A stretch of 64,000 nucleotides of DNA from Balanoglossus misakiensis (Eukaryota > Animalia > Hemichordata): positions 2,058,422 through 2,122,421 of the forward strand of contig CM082597.2 of the NCBI GenBank assembly GCA_040954595.2, in the 5' to 3' direction. The position numbers were made by a program, and so were the translations under genes. Positions 53,258 to 64,000 of the stretch are shown piece by piece. How positions within the stretch are numbered: position 1 is the stretch's first letter; each line of letters begins with the position of its first letter. The notes beneath the pieces are model-generated. The model had not been told where the DNA came from, searched no databases, and saw only the letters and a program-made list of their open reading frames with translations.

Positions 53258-56200
53258 TTACTTTTTCTTTTCTTCCGTGACGGTTGACTTTGTCAAAGTC
53301 GGCTGGACAGTCGTCGCGGTCACGGTAACTGGTGGCTGGGTGGCCATGACAACTGTTGAGGTAGACATGGCGGGCGCGGTCATGATGGCAGTGGTGGCTA
53401 CGAGCATCGGTGATTTCTGTCCGCTCAGCGAAACCGTGGATGCTGGCATCGCCGTCACGAGCTTCGATCCCGGCGGCATTTGGGCGAGGATGACCCCCTT
53501 TCCGGCTAATCCGGATGGCAAGTTTCCGGTGAACATGGAGCTGGCGATCACAGGCACCGCGCCTTTCGGCAGAGTCGATTGTCCCGGCTGATGTGATCCG
53601 GATAACAGCAACGACATTGGCAGAGCACTGACAGGCGATTTCTTGGGGTCGATGTTCCCAACGCTCGATATAACACTCACCCCGACTGGCTTTTGCTGTT
53701 CGGGGGTCATCTTCACCCCTGTTACAATCTCAGTCAGTTTTTGTCCTGAGCTCTTACCAGCTTCCGTTGCCTGGGCAACGGCAAGTTTTAACCCGGCTGT
53801 TGCCGGGAGAACGGTCTGTGTTGGGCTGAAGGCAATGGTAGCTGGCGCCATGGTAACTGAACCTTGTTTAATAATCTGTGAGGGCGCTAGTGTACTCATC
53901 GCGACTGGAGGTTGTTGCGAGCTGAGGAGTAGAGACACGGGCTTCCCGCCGATCATCTGCGTTGTGTGTGTGAATTTCAAGCCAGAGTCGGCTGAAATGG
54001 ACACAGGAGACTGCTGTGAAATGGCCTGTATGAGGTGGGGCGAAGTTACGCTCTGAACTTGACCGAGAGACGTAGCGGTTTCCATGTTCTGTCCCGTGAT
54101 TCGAATTCCGACAGGTGCCGCTACTGACCCCGGCTGGATTTTCCCCAGGGCTGGCATTCGGAGCGGTTGCAAGGTGGGCCGCGTTGGTTTCGCTCCGGCC
54201 GTGGCTGCGTGCACGAGAACTGGTTTGCCGCCGACCGTCTGCAGGACTGTGGGTCTCACACCCGCCTGCGTGAAGTGGCCCTTTAAGGGTTTTCCCGTGA
54301 TGTGCGTGATCACCTTGCCGGTGGGCGCCATGGGTCGCTGGATGGTCGTGACGGTCACCGCGGTGGGCATAGACATTGGGGTGGTCTGCTGCGCGATGAC
54401 GCTCGCTGGGACGATCACCGAACTAACACCGGTTGTAGCCACTGTCGACGGGGAAACCGTGACCGCAGAACTGAGCAGATTCGCCGCTGACGAAATCGCG
54501 GTTGTCTTCAGAACTGCCGTCGCCGGCTGACCGCCAGCCGTGGTCAGCTGCATGCTGACTCCTGGGATAACCGGCACCCGTCCGGCCAGCGTTCCCTTCG
54601 GACTCGCCCTCCCCGAAACAGTCACACCACCAAACGCGGCCCCAGCCTCCTTCACTCCAAACGTCAGAAGTGTCGGCATCCCCTTCACCATGCCCCCCGG
54701 GGGTGTGACAGACACCCCGGCAGTGGTTCCCCGGGGGCTTATAACCGGCGTGGTGGTCATTGACGCCCTGGGGCTGGTCGCAGTTGATGCAATAGTGATC
54801 ACACCCTTAGGGCTGTTGATGGTTAACTTGGGACTGGACAGGTTGCCTTTGGGGCTGGTTGCCACCACTGGAGACTTGTTGGGGCTCTGGGGTTCCATAC
54901 CAGGATTACTGCCAGCAAAGCTATCAGTGCTCGCCTCGCTCATCACAGATGGAGGCCTGGCAAGGGGTGGTGATTTCCCTGCCACAGATTTCACTGGAGT
55001 TTTCTGAAAATACACATGGAACATATTTTATGAATGATCTAGTCATTGTACTCTTAGCTTTGTTCGTTTTACAGGGCAGGGGGAATGAAGTACGATTTCC
55101 AAGTATACATTTTGTTTTTATTAGAACTTTAATCACACACTTTCCAGACATGTATAGAACCAGGGTACAACCACTCACCACTTTGGCAGTAAGTTTTGGT
55201 TTATGCATGGCCTTCTTTGCTCTGGCAGCTTCTGCCTGCTCTTGGTGGATTCGCTCTACGAAAAAAAAAAGTACATACAGAAGTTTAGATGATTTTCTGA
55301 TGAAAAAAGGTATCCTAGCAACTGATCATTAACTGCTGCTTAAATTAGCATCCATTATGATGCTGAAACCTAACTTACCAAACTCGGCTTCAGCTCTGTT
55401 GCGGTGCAGATAAATCCACAACTTCTTGTGCGTATCGTATTTAACACATGGATCCTTCTCATAGTGCAGTCTGTCGAGCGCTCCACTGACCACTGTATTG
55501 ATCTGGGAGTCGGACACTCCTTGCGAGATGAACTGCGAGTCCTTGAGAAGCTCACAGATGTCGGCTCGAGTGCCTTCGCCGTTGGGAAGCCGGGCTGCCG
55601 CATCCCTCACTGTCGAGCAAGAAGAGGATGAGAATGGTTACCATGGTGATGTTGCATGGCAACCTTGAGAGAGAAACCTGTGGTGACTACTAAAGATGCG
55701 TGACTAACCACCAGAAATGAAACCACATTCGGTTTTGCTTAACATAAAAGATGGTTGTTTTTATGATCAGAAATTACCATGGCAACCTCCACCTACCCAA
55801 GGACAGTATTGTCACAAAAGCTGGTCTGTCAGAAACCAACAGTAAATGTTCCCTTGCTTTGTTCAGTGAAGTTTCTTTTCCAAACACGCCTTTAACAGGA
55901 CCGACTACCGACTCATAGCCGTGTAATTTGAATGTAAATGCCCTGTGTGGTTGTTCGTATCTTCTTGTCTCCTGTAAGAGAGTTTCCTGGGTCAGTAATC
56001 AGATTAAAATACAGGTCAGCCTTTATTTGAACAAAACAAATTCCATCATCTCTCCATACAGAAAAACAAACAAAATATCATCTTTGAGAGTTGCAGATGT
56101 TCAGAGATCTCTGTTGTTTTTGTTCGGACACCAACACCACAGCTAGCTATCTTGAAACTGATCAGATGCACTCTTATGCGAGGTACAAATGTACTGTTTT

Positions 56201-59200
56201 CGCAAGACAGAAAATATGACGGACCTGTTCTCTAAAAATCTTCTTCTCTTCATCTGAGCTCGGTTTCACACTGTATTCTGTACGCCTGGGACATGAGGAA
56301 AAAATAAAATCAATAACTACAGATGAACATATTTTTATGACAAAACTTTGTGATACTGAGATATGTATGTGGGTGTATATGTGCATGCCAGCACACATAT
56401 CGTCAATTAATTTGTTTAATCTTTCCTGACAAATTTTGTCCTGGTTTTCTGACTTACATTCTCGGACTGGGAATGTTAGTGATTTCCTTCTTTTCCGGGA
56501 CTGCCGGCTTCTCTTCCTTGACAGTGACCGGTCCCCCCAATACGGGTATCACATGCTTCCAGAGTTCTTCCAAGTCTTGATCTGCGTCTCCGCCATGCTC
56601 TGTTGAGAGAGAGAGTTTTTCAGTAGAAAATATCCGATCGCAGAATATAATAAAGAGTCCATATTTGGCATTCAATGAGAAAATGGTTCTGACATCTGAT
56701 ACACATGTGAAAATATTGAAATGTCTTACCTATCCACCTCCATTGCTGCGAATCTTCCCTGAATTCCAACTTGGGTGAAAAGTGGACAGGCGAGGGCGTT
56801 TCAATGCCCGCCAACCACTTCAAAGCGGTCGGAACCAGTTCAGACCAGTTTGGTCGCAGCGCGAACCACACGTTCAACATGCTCATGGGCGAATTCTGCC
56901 ATTCTAATACTTTGGTCTGTAGTTCCAGCAGCGAGATTTGCGAGTTGGGGCAGCATTTGATGGTCTCCCGTAACAAGTTGAAGAAATTTGTGTACATGCC
57001 ACAGGGGTGGTTTGGAGTCACTTGTCTGAAACAGAAATGAAACTATTAAAATCATAGAATACTGAAACACAATTTCGTTAAATGTTGTTCCAAAACAATA
57101 AACGCTCATATGAATAAGGACTGACAGAGAAATTACAAATATTTTCCTAATTTTGGGTCAAAATGCTGTCTTACCCAATAGCAGGTGTGATGGTTGCCAT
57201 GGCTTTAGAGGGCGATGTCACAACATCTGTTGGCTCAACTTTGATTGCAGTGTCTTGCATCCCATCAGTGCCAGGCAGGTGTCCAGAATCACTCGTTGAT
57301 TTTATCTTCTTTTTCCTCTTCTTCTCCAACTTATCTTTGTCTTTGTGTTTTTTCTTGGAAGGTGGCATCATGCTGGCTGCCACTGAAATAAGACAAATGA
57401 AACATTTAAAGTAAAAAATGTACAGAATAAAGGAGGAGATATTTAGTGGATGAATTCAGCATAGTACTGACCTGAAGGTGGTATAATTTTCTTGTTTGGG
57501 TTGGTTCTAGCAATGACATCTTGCAACGTGATTCCCATAGTATTTAATTCATTGTGATCCTAGCAAAAAAGCAAATAGACATGTTTTTGGAGAATTCATC
57601 AATACAGATACCATAACATCTGAATTCTTGTAATGCAAAACAACGCTACCATCTATGCTCTAGGGTAACAATAATGGGTTGAAAATTAATTTTAAAATTC
57701 TGGCAGCTTTTATTATTACTAACCGGATGCAAAGCTTTCCTTTTTCTGTGTTGCTTAATCATTCTCTTGAACTGTTCTTCTGTGATGTCCATGAAACTGT
57801 GGTTTGATTGCGATGACTGGGCTGTGGGGCAAGATAAGGCAAAACAGTTATACTGGTCAGACTGTGTAATTTTATCTATCTATCCATGTTTTCTCATGCA
57901 AATATGTACATGTCACACAAACACAGAAATCCCATACCATTATCACTGTTCTCGACACCCGGTGTGGGCAGAGGTTTGGCACAGAATGTTGACACTATCC
58001 TGGGAGATGCAGGTGTCGTCACAGGTTCTGGTGCGTGCTGTTTGGAGGAGGATGACTCCTTAGTTTTTTTCTTGTCACCCAACGGGTTTCCAGGAAACGC
58101 CTCGTCCTCCGATGATGTATCTAACTCCTGCAAACACAAAATCAAAGTCTGATTGGTTTAACCCTATTGTTTGGTATGTCCTGTTGGATGATACCATTCT
58201 TAAACGTGGGTGAACGCTACCCAATACAAAGGAGGAAAAAGCACTCACCCCACATTCTTGCCTGCACTCCTGTAAGATTCTGTAAGAAAGACAAAAAGTT
58301 TATTCCAACAAACAACTTTGATTAATTGCCTACCAATATGTATTCATCACACACAAACTTCAAATAAATAGCACCAAAGATTATCACCATGGGTAACTTA
58401 CTTGTAGTACTGTTTGCTTGTCTTGTGTTCAATGCTGGATTCACTGACTACAGCAGGTTTGGGTTTTTTCACGACAGGTGGAGCATCTGGACCGATGCCA
58501 CTGGCAGTGTCCAGTAATTTCTGTGGAAAGAGATAGAAGGTTACCCCTTATATCTGCCTTTCAGAGAATGTTTGGTCCAAATCCATTGTTTTCTATGGTT
58601 AACTTGGACCGCTACAATGGGAACTGGGGGTGAAATGAGGATTATACACACCTGTCTGGAGATGAGAATATCCTGAATGAGTTTATGGTAGTACCTCTGC
58701 TGGAAACATTTGTATTCTTTGTACTTGGCCTTCCTACACAACTCTGCGTATCTGGCAACATTGGGCGACAGGTAACCACCTTTCAAGAGGGTGAACAACT
58801 GTTTCATGGGATTTCCAAATTTGAAGTTGTCACCTTGAAATAACCTCCTGAGAATTGGCAGAAAAAACAGCAAACAATCTGTGGATTAGTTATAGTTAAG
58901 GGAATCAATACTCATAGAACAAACATACTGAAAAAATAGTCTGAAGTTACAGCTCGTTGAGCTTTAAATTATCTTACCTCAAAGTGATCTCTTTCTCTTC
59001 TTCATCATTTTCCGGGAACGTCGGCAAATATTGGGATAACTCCTCCCTCTGCTCCGGAGTCAACACATCGGTCCATGTCTCCATGGTCATCACCTCATTG
59101 AAAATTTCCGACTGAATGTGAGGAAAAGTTGAAGAGGAGAATCACTGAAATGGACAGTGCTGACTGCAGGAGTACTCTATCTGTGATCTCATAAAATACA

Positions 59201-59384
59201 GCCCCCCCCCCCCTCTCTCTCTCTCTCAGTATAGAGATGTTACCTTTTCAATGAGTTCTTCAGGGAGCGTGACTTCACTTTTACCAAAGAGACACTCTTC
59301 CATTCCGACCCCTTCATCACTCTGATACGAAGATCCATTCCAGCCATCGCTGCTTTCGATCTCCATCTCATCATCAGTTTCCAT
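53258..59384 (-). CDS. NFRKB: Nuclear factor related to kappa-B-binding protein (INO80G), ~16 coding exons
   Basis: Starts METDDEMEIESS at 59384. DEUBAD region LPEELIEK|SEIFNEVMTMETWTDVLTPEQREELSQYLP..LFQGDNFKFGNP. Winged-helix region WQNSPMSMLNVWF..WSELV. Also YESVVGPVKGVF, RDAAARLPNGEGTRADICELLKDSQF and VSGALDRLHYEKDPCVKYD. A long T/S/P/V-rich terminal exon spans 55003-53258. Confidence 0.95.
58544..58640. mobile_element. Diverged copy of the 85-bp MITE filling most of a short NFRKB intron
   Basis: TTTGGTCCAAATCCATTGTTTTCTATGGTTAACTTGGACC...GAACTGGGGGTGAAA matches the core of the 27194 copy. Confidence 0.65.
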
Positions 59385-59499
59385 CTTAGAAGAACGTATT
59401 GTTGACAAAAGTACAGTATCAGTGTGTGTGGTGTAAAGGTTTGACAATCACATGAAAACTGTTCTTTCGACTTGCACGATTTTCCACAGCTTTATAGAC

Positions 59500-59928
59500 C
59501 TACCTTGCCTGATGTTTGCGACGCAAATTATCTCGGCGATCAGCTGCAACTCCAAATAAATGACTTGATTATCTCTCTTCCGGTTTGCCTTGGTCGACTG
59601 CAACATTAACACGGAAGTGTTGTGGGGTGTTGCACTCTGGGTAATTTAAGGTCAAAGGGGAAAGGTGAAATATAACATGTCCTAAATTTTCCCATCGTTT
59701 CTGGAACCTTGGGGATCTAGTTTGAAGTGTTTGCATTACAATTTCTTTTTATAGATAAAACAAATGAGCATGTTACATCTTCAACTCAATGCTGAAATTA
59801 AAATAACATAAATTTCTAATGTTTTGGGGAGGATATATGTCACAAACAAACGAACATTTTAAGCATGTACTGAGTGAAAATCGTGTGTTGTCCACTATTT
59901 TGCCAATTTTGGGCTGAAAAAAACAATC
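59500..59928. promoter_or_regulatory. Bidirectional promoter region of NFRKB and TMEM147
   Basis: The start codons are head-to-head, 545 bp apart. An NFRKB 5'UTR donor lies at ~59503. Opposed ETS cores CTTCCGG (~59577) and CGGAAGT (~59612), and DR1-like AGGTCAAAGGGGAAAGGTGA (59649-59668). Confidence 0.6.
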
Positions 59929-61303
59929 ATGACACTTTTTCATTTCGGAAACTGCCTTGCCCTGGCTTACGTGCCATATTTTATTGTCTACAAGTGTTCG
60001 GGATTGTGAGTATTACCAGTAATTCACGTATTTTGAGTAGTGGTGTTGGGGGGGGGGGGGGGTCAATTTCCAAGGTACATGTACGTTATCAGATAGTACC
60101 CTTCCCCGTTCACTATACATTGCTAAATAATCTATTCAAAGCAATATCACAGAAGGTACTCACTTTTCACCTGTTATCTCCAACAGATCTGAATACAGTG
60201 CGTTCTGGAAATGTGTACAAGCAGGATTTGCATATTTATTCACACAGCTCTGTAAGGTGAGTTGCAAAACTCTTACATAAAATCAAAGATAATTCACAAG
60301 CAGTACTTCATATTAGCTGCAATGATTGTAGTGGGTGACTTTTGTTTGTTATGGCTGCCCATCAATCATTTACTGCATTCTTGTTCTTATAGATGCTGGT
60401 TCTAGCAACATTTTTTCCAGCATCAGATTCAATCGGCGGAAGTCTGGATATTGTAGGGGTAAGTGTGAATATCTTAAAGAATCATTAGCTCCATACACAA
60501 GAAAATACAGTCTTGTCATATTACTGTACACAAGTCATGAAACACTTGGAACAGAAGTCCATAGCTCTAACATTACAACTTCTTTTATCCCCAGGAATTC
60601 ATGAAAGCCACCATAGACATTGCTGATTTGGTAGGATTGTACTTTGTGATGAGTAGCATCGCTGGCAAAGGTGAAATCAAGTTCATGGTCGCTGGGATGG
60701 GATGGGCCACTGCAGAGCTGGTGATGACCAGGTTTCTACCGCTGTGGTTTGGCGCCAGAGGAGTAGAATTTGACTGGAAGTATATCCAGATGAGTTTCGA
60801 TTCAAATATTAGTTTGGTAAGTGAACCCTTGTTTCTGCAATAAACACCAGTATAGTTACACTCATGCATGTTTTGTTGTCCGAGAACAGCATAACCTTTG
60901 CCCTCTCTAACGTTGTATCGTAACTTTGTATGTTTCAGGTACAGCATATCACCACGGCAACCTTAGTATGGCTCTGGAGCAGACATGATCTCCACAAATC
61001 TTTCCAACCGGTCGTAGTTACCTTGCTTGGTCTAAGCTGTTATAGACCACTTATTGTAGAGTAAGTAAATGTATTGTTTCTCACGGCATCCACAGTCAGT
61101 TTAATTGTCAGTCGTCATTAGCTCTGCCATTTCACCCTCGTCAATGATGCGTTTCTGCTTTATTTTTCAGGATTTTGATCCACGCTGTTGGTCTGGGGTC
61201 GTGGACACTGCTCTTAGCCAAAGCACTCTTCACTGGGTGCATTGGAGTTGTTGGACTGCAGCTCTACATTGGACTCACACACACAGCAAACTCACACCTC
61301 TAA
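59929..61303 (+). CDS. TMEM147: Transmembrane protein 147 (BOS complex subunit), 229 aa, 6 exons
   Basis: Exons 59929-60005, 60187-60256, 60393-60458, 60595-60816, 60939-61060 and 61171-61303 total 690 nt. Sequence [29 protein letters not shown]...[26 protein letters not shown] is diagnostic. Confidence 0.96.
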
Positions 61304-61629
61304 CCCTCTCACCCCTATGCCTGTGTTCACTGGTCCAGCTATGTAGGGGAAGACAATAGGGCTGGACTAAAAAATCGGGGCTGGGTGGGTGGGATGAAAT
61401 GCAATATGTGCAAGTATTTGTCCTTATATAGATTCCTGTCTTGTGATATGTTAAATTCCTATGAAAAATGTACATGTAGTTCTCTTGTCTAGGTACAAGT
61501 CATAAACTTCTTTTTTGTAGAGTGAATAGCATTTCTTGAACATGGCTTTTTTGTTACACTTTTTCCTAAGAAACGTGCAAGTGTGTGAAATTTCAACAAC
61601 TACGATTTTGTAAGTTATGAGTTGAAGGG

Positions 61630-61681
61630 AATAAAATTTTATTGATTCAAGTGATCCCATCTTGTGTGTGTGTGTGTGTGT
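61630..61681 (+). terminator. TMEM147 polyadenylation signal with downstream (TG)n GU-rich element
   Basis: AATAAA at 61630-61635 and a (TG)n tract at ~61663-61681. Confidence 0.5.
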
Positions 61682-63530
61682 CATATTGATCACCTGAATA
61701 GTAGGCCAGCCTTGACCAAGTTGTAAAGAAGGGACGATGGTATCAGAAATTCCTGGGGGAACACACAGGAATCCAGTATGGCTATAAAACAGGCACTGTA
61801 CACACATTCTTTTCTGCAATAGGTTTATTTTGTGGATAAATTGCAAGTACATGTAATGATTTGTATGTACATTATTACATGTGTTAACCTACATCTGCAT
61901 CACAAAGCTGAAAAAATATCACTCGTCTTGTAAAATACAGCTACCTGTATGTCGTTGCAAGATACTGCTTAAAATATTTTTTTTTTGCTGAAGATATATC
62001 AATGCTGTAATTTAAGTAATATTATGAAACATGGTTGGATTTTTGCTCATGATGTTTAATTGTAGCTACAATGAAACAGAAATGACATTCGAAGATATAG
62101 TTAAGAAATGACTGGAATTCCTTTCCTTCAAGATCGATCACTCCCAGAAAGTTTTTCCCAAACAGGCACCTCACGTTTTCTACTTTACAAGAATTAAGAC
62201 TAGTGATTTCAGCTGCTGTGCCTTGAAATGACAAATTCTGTGCACTATATGTTTTAACTGTCATCCACTGTAAACAGCTGTGCGTACAAACCTAACATTT
62301 GCGTTTGTACATAACCCACAGCATCTATCCTGTCCCTCCCTATGCCAAAATCGGCCAAACCCCTTGAAAGTAGCAGTGATGTCATCTAACCAACAAAAGA
62401 ACAGCAAAAGTAGGCATTACAAATTTACAGACTAGATATATAATTTTTTTATTTTGAGTAACACCCCAAAAATCTATCCACAGAAAATGAATTTGTAATT
62501 GTATATAATAACTAATTTCTGTCAAGATACAAGAATAAATCTGCAGTACTTTTTCTGCACTTTTTTAGTTTAATTTTTTCACAAAACATCTACAAAGACG
62601 GCAGAGGAAATTGTTTTAATTCTATTTCCACCTTTTGGCTCTGCAGTCTTTCAAACTAAACAACACCACCAAGTGGCAGATTTGAGTAAACACAGACAAT
62701 TTGGAATTAAATCCCCTACACTAATAACACCCACCCCCTCAGCCATGTAAATTTAAAATATTACGCATCTGTACTTAAGAAACTAAGATGGTCTTAGTCC
62801 CAGGTAAAGTTCTATAACCTGCATTCTGATTGATTGTTTTTTGTATTCCTATACAGTAAGTGACCAATCACGTTCAGTGAGTCATCTTAACTACACATGT
62901 ACGACTTTTCTGTTTATAATCACATCTGCATAACTAATGCATGACTATGGTGGCTGAAAGATTTGTCAGTTTAATTAATTAAACCAAGAGCAGGCCTAGC
63001 ACATTATCTACTAAACACTTGGCATACATCTGAATTTTGGCTGAGAGGAAAAGTCTACTGACCAGTCTTTGGAGGGTTGACACTACCCATGTAAATAATG
63101 ATGTGATCCTATTACTAAGGAATAATCCATTTTAACCGTATCAGTAATGGGGTTCACACTTTGTATTTTCAAAGTGTTTCACACAATTATTTGGTAACAC
63201 CAAAATGCAAACAAAATAAAGTAAATTTTTTTTGTTTTGTTTTTTCAAGTCAATAAATCAAACAAAATTCTGCATAAATTTGACACAACATCAACGAATC
63301 ATAAATTGCTGTATATATATTTCTCTGTTAAAGAAAAAGACACTAGGGTTTACATCTTCATTCAATCGAACAAAGTTGCTACAAAAAGAATGAAAATAGT
63401 AGAGTCTGAACTCTTTATGTGCAGAATAGTTAAACTGGCATCAGATTCATTCTTCCGATGAATCTGCAAACAAAGAAAACTGGGCAGCTTTCTATGAGCA
63501 TTAATTTCTCCACACCCGGTGCATTTACCA

Positions 63531-63624
63531 TAACTCTATCACCAGCATGCTTTGGTTCAGTCCGACTGCTTTCCATCTGAGGAGGATGGAGTCTTCCACT
63601 AGGACATGGGGGTGAAAGGGTTAA
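63531..63624. mobile_element. Diverged 85-bp MITE copy in the DCAF8 3'UTR, ~23 nt past the stop codon
   Basis: TAACTCTATCACCAGCATGCTTTGGTTCAGTCC...GGGGGTGAAAGGG|TTAA. Confidence 0.6.
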
Positions 63625-63646
63625 ATTTGCACAGCTTGGGGGTTCT

Positions 63647-63991
63647 TTACGACTGTGCACACTGCACGGCCTCAGAGAGCTCCCCGCTGTCGTTGGAGTC
63701 GTCAGAATCGTCGGAATCGCTGCTGGAGCTGTCGCTTTGTCGTTCGCCTCGGTCGCGAGCCTGAAACGACAAAAATTACCAACTGTAACTTGTATGTACA
63801 TTCATCATGACAAAAAAGCATTGTGTCGCAAACCTGTCAATCGATCGTGACAACTGACATTCACTCACTCTCACCTGTCTTCTAGCTCGCCTTCGTAAAT
63901 GATGCATGATGTACCACAGCATGTGTCCGTCGATCATGTCTGGTTCACGTCGTCTCTCTTCGTCACGCTCCTTGCGGTTGGCACGTTTGGT
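63647..63991 (-). CDS. DCAF8: DDB1- and CUL4-associated factor 8, last two coding exons (gene continues beyond the window)
   Basis: Exon 63991-63875 gives TKRANRKERDEERRREPDMIDGHMLWYIMHHLRRRARRQ and exon 63760-63647 gives ARDRGERQSDSSSSDSDDSDDSNDSGELSEAVQCAQS*. These match the DCAF8 C-terminus recalled for human (NKRERDED..FDSHMLWFLMHHLR..VQCMPS). Confidence 0.85.
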
Positions 63992-64000
63992 CTGCAACAG

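Noticed and set aside
53217-55332. Long plus-strand ORFs of 124-157 aa
   Set aside because: These are antisense shadows of the GC-rich, low-complexity NFRKB terminal exon.
59841-60008. Apparent CACAA...TTGTG inverted-repeat element
   Set aside because: The right arm is TMEM147 exon 1 and its splice donor, and there is no TSD.

Overview
This is eukaryotic, intron-rich, AT-rich animal DNA. Gene content and sequence similarity suggest a marine invertebrate deuterostome, possibly a hemichordate (inference). The supplied ORF track is mostly spurious or partial, so I rebuilt the genes by hand from GT-AG junctions and phase continuity. From left to right: (1) 5' part of a small secreted precursor-like gene (-); (2) an intronless ACSF2-like acyl-CoA synthetase broken by a 1-nt indel (-); (3) a 9-exon secreted protein combining a gamma-carboxylase-type propeptide, a truncated Gla-like domain and a VWD domain (-); (4) AMP deaminase (-); (5) ABCG1/4-like half transporter (+); (6) NFRKB (-); (7) TMEM147 (+); (8) the 3' end of DCAF8 (-). 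There are also TTAA-flanked MITEs of two types. The top finding is the Gla-VWD gene at 6397-9080. It keeps the coagulation-factor exon pattern (phase 1, propeptide+Gla exon, phase 0, 25-nt exon, phase 1), but lacks the membrane-binding omega loop, carries an extra Cys pair and is fused to a GDPH-containing VWD domain. It is a candidate vitamin K-dependent extracellular matrix or mucus protein in an invertebrate.
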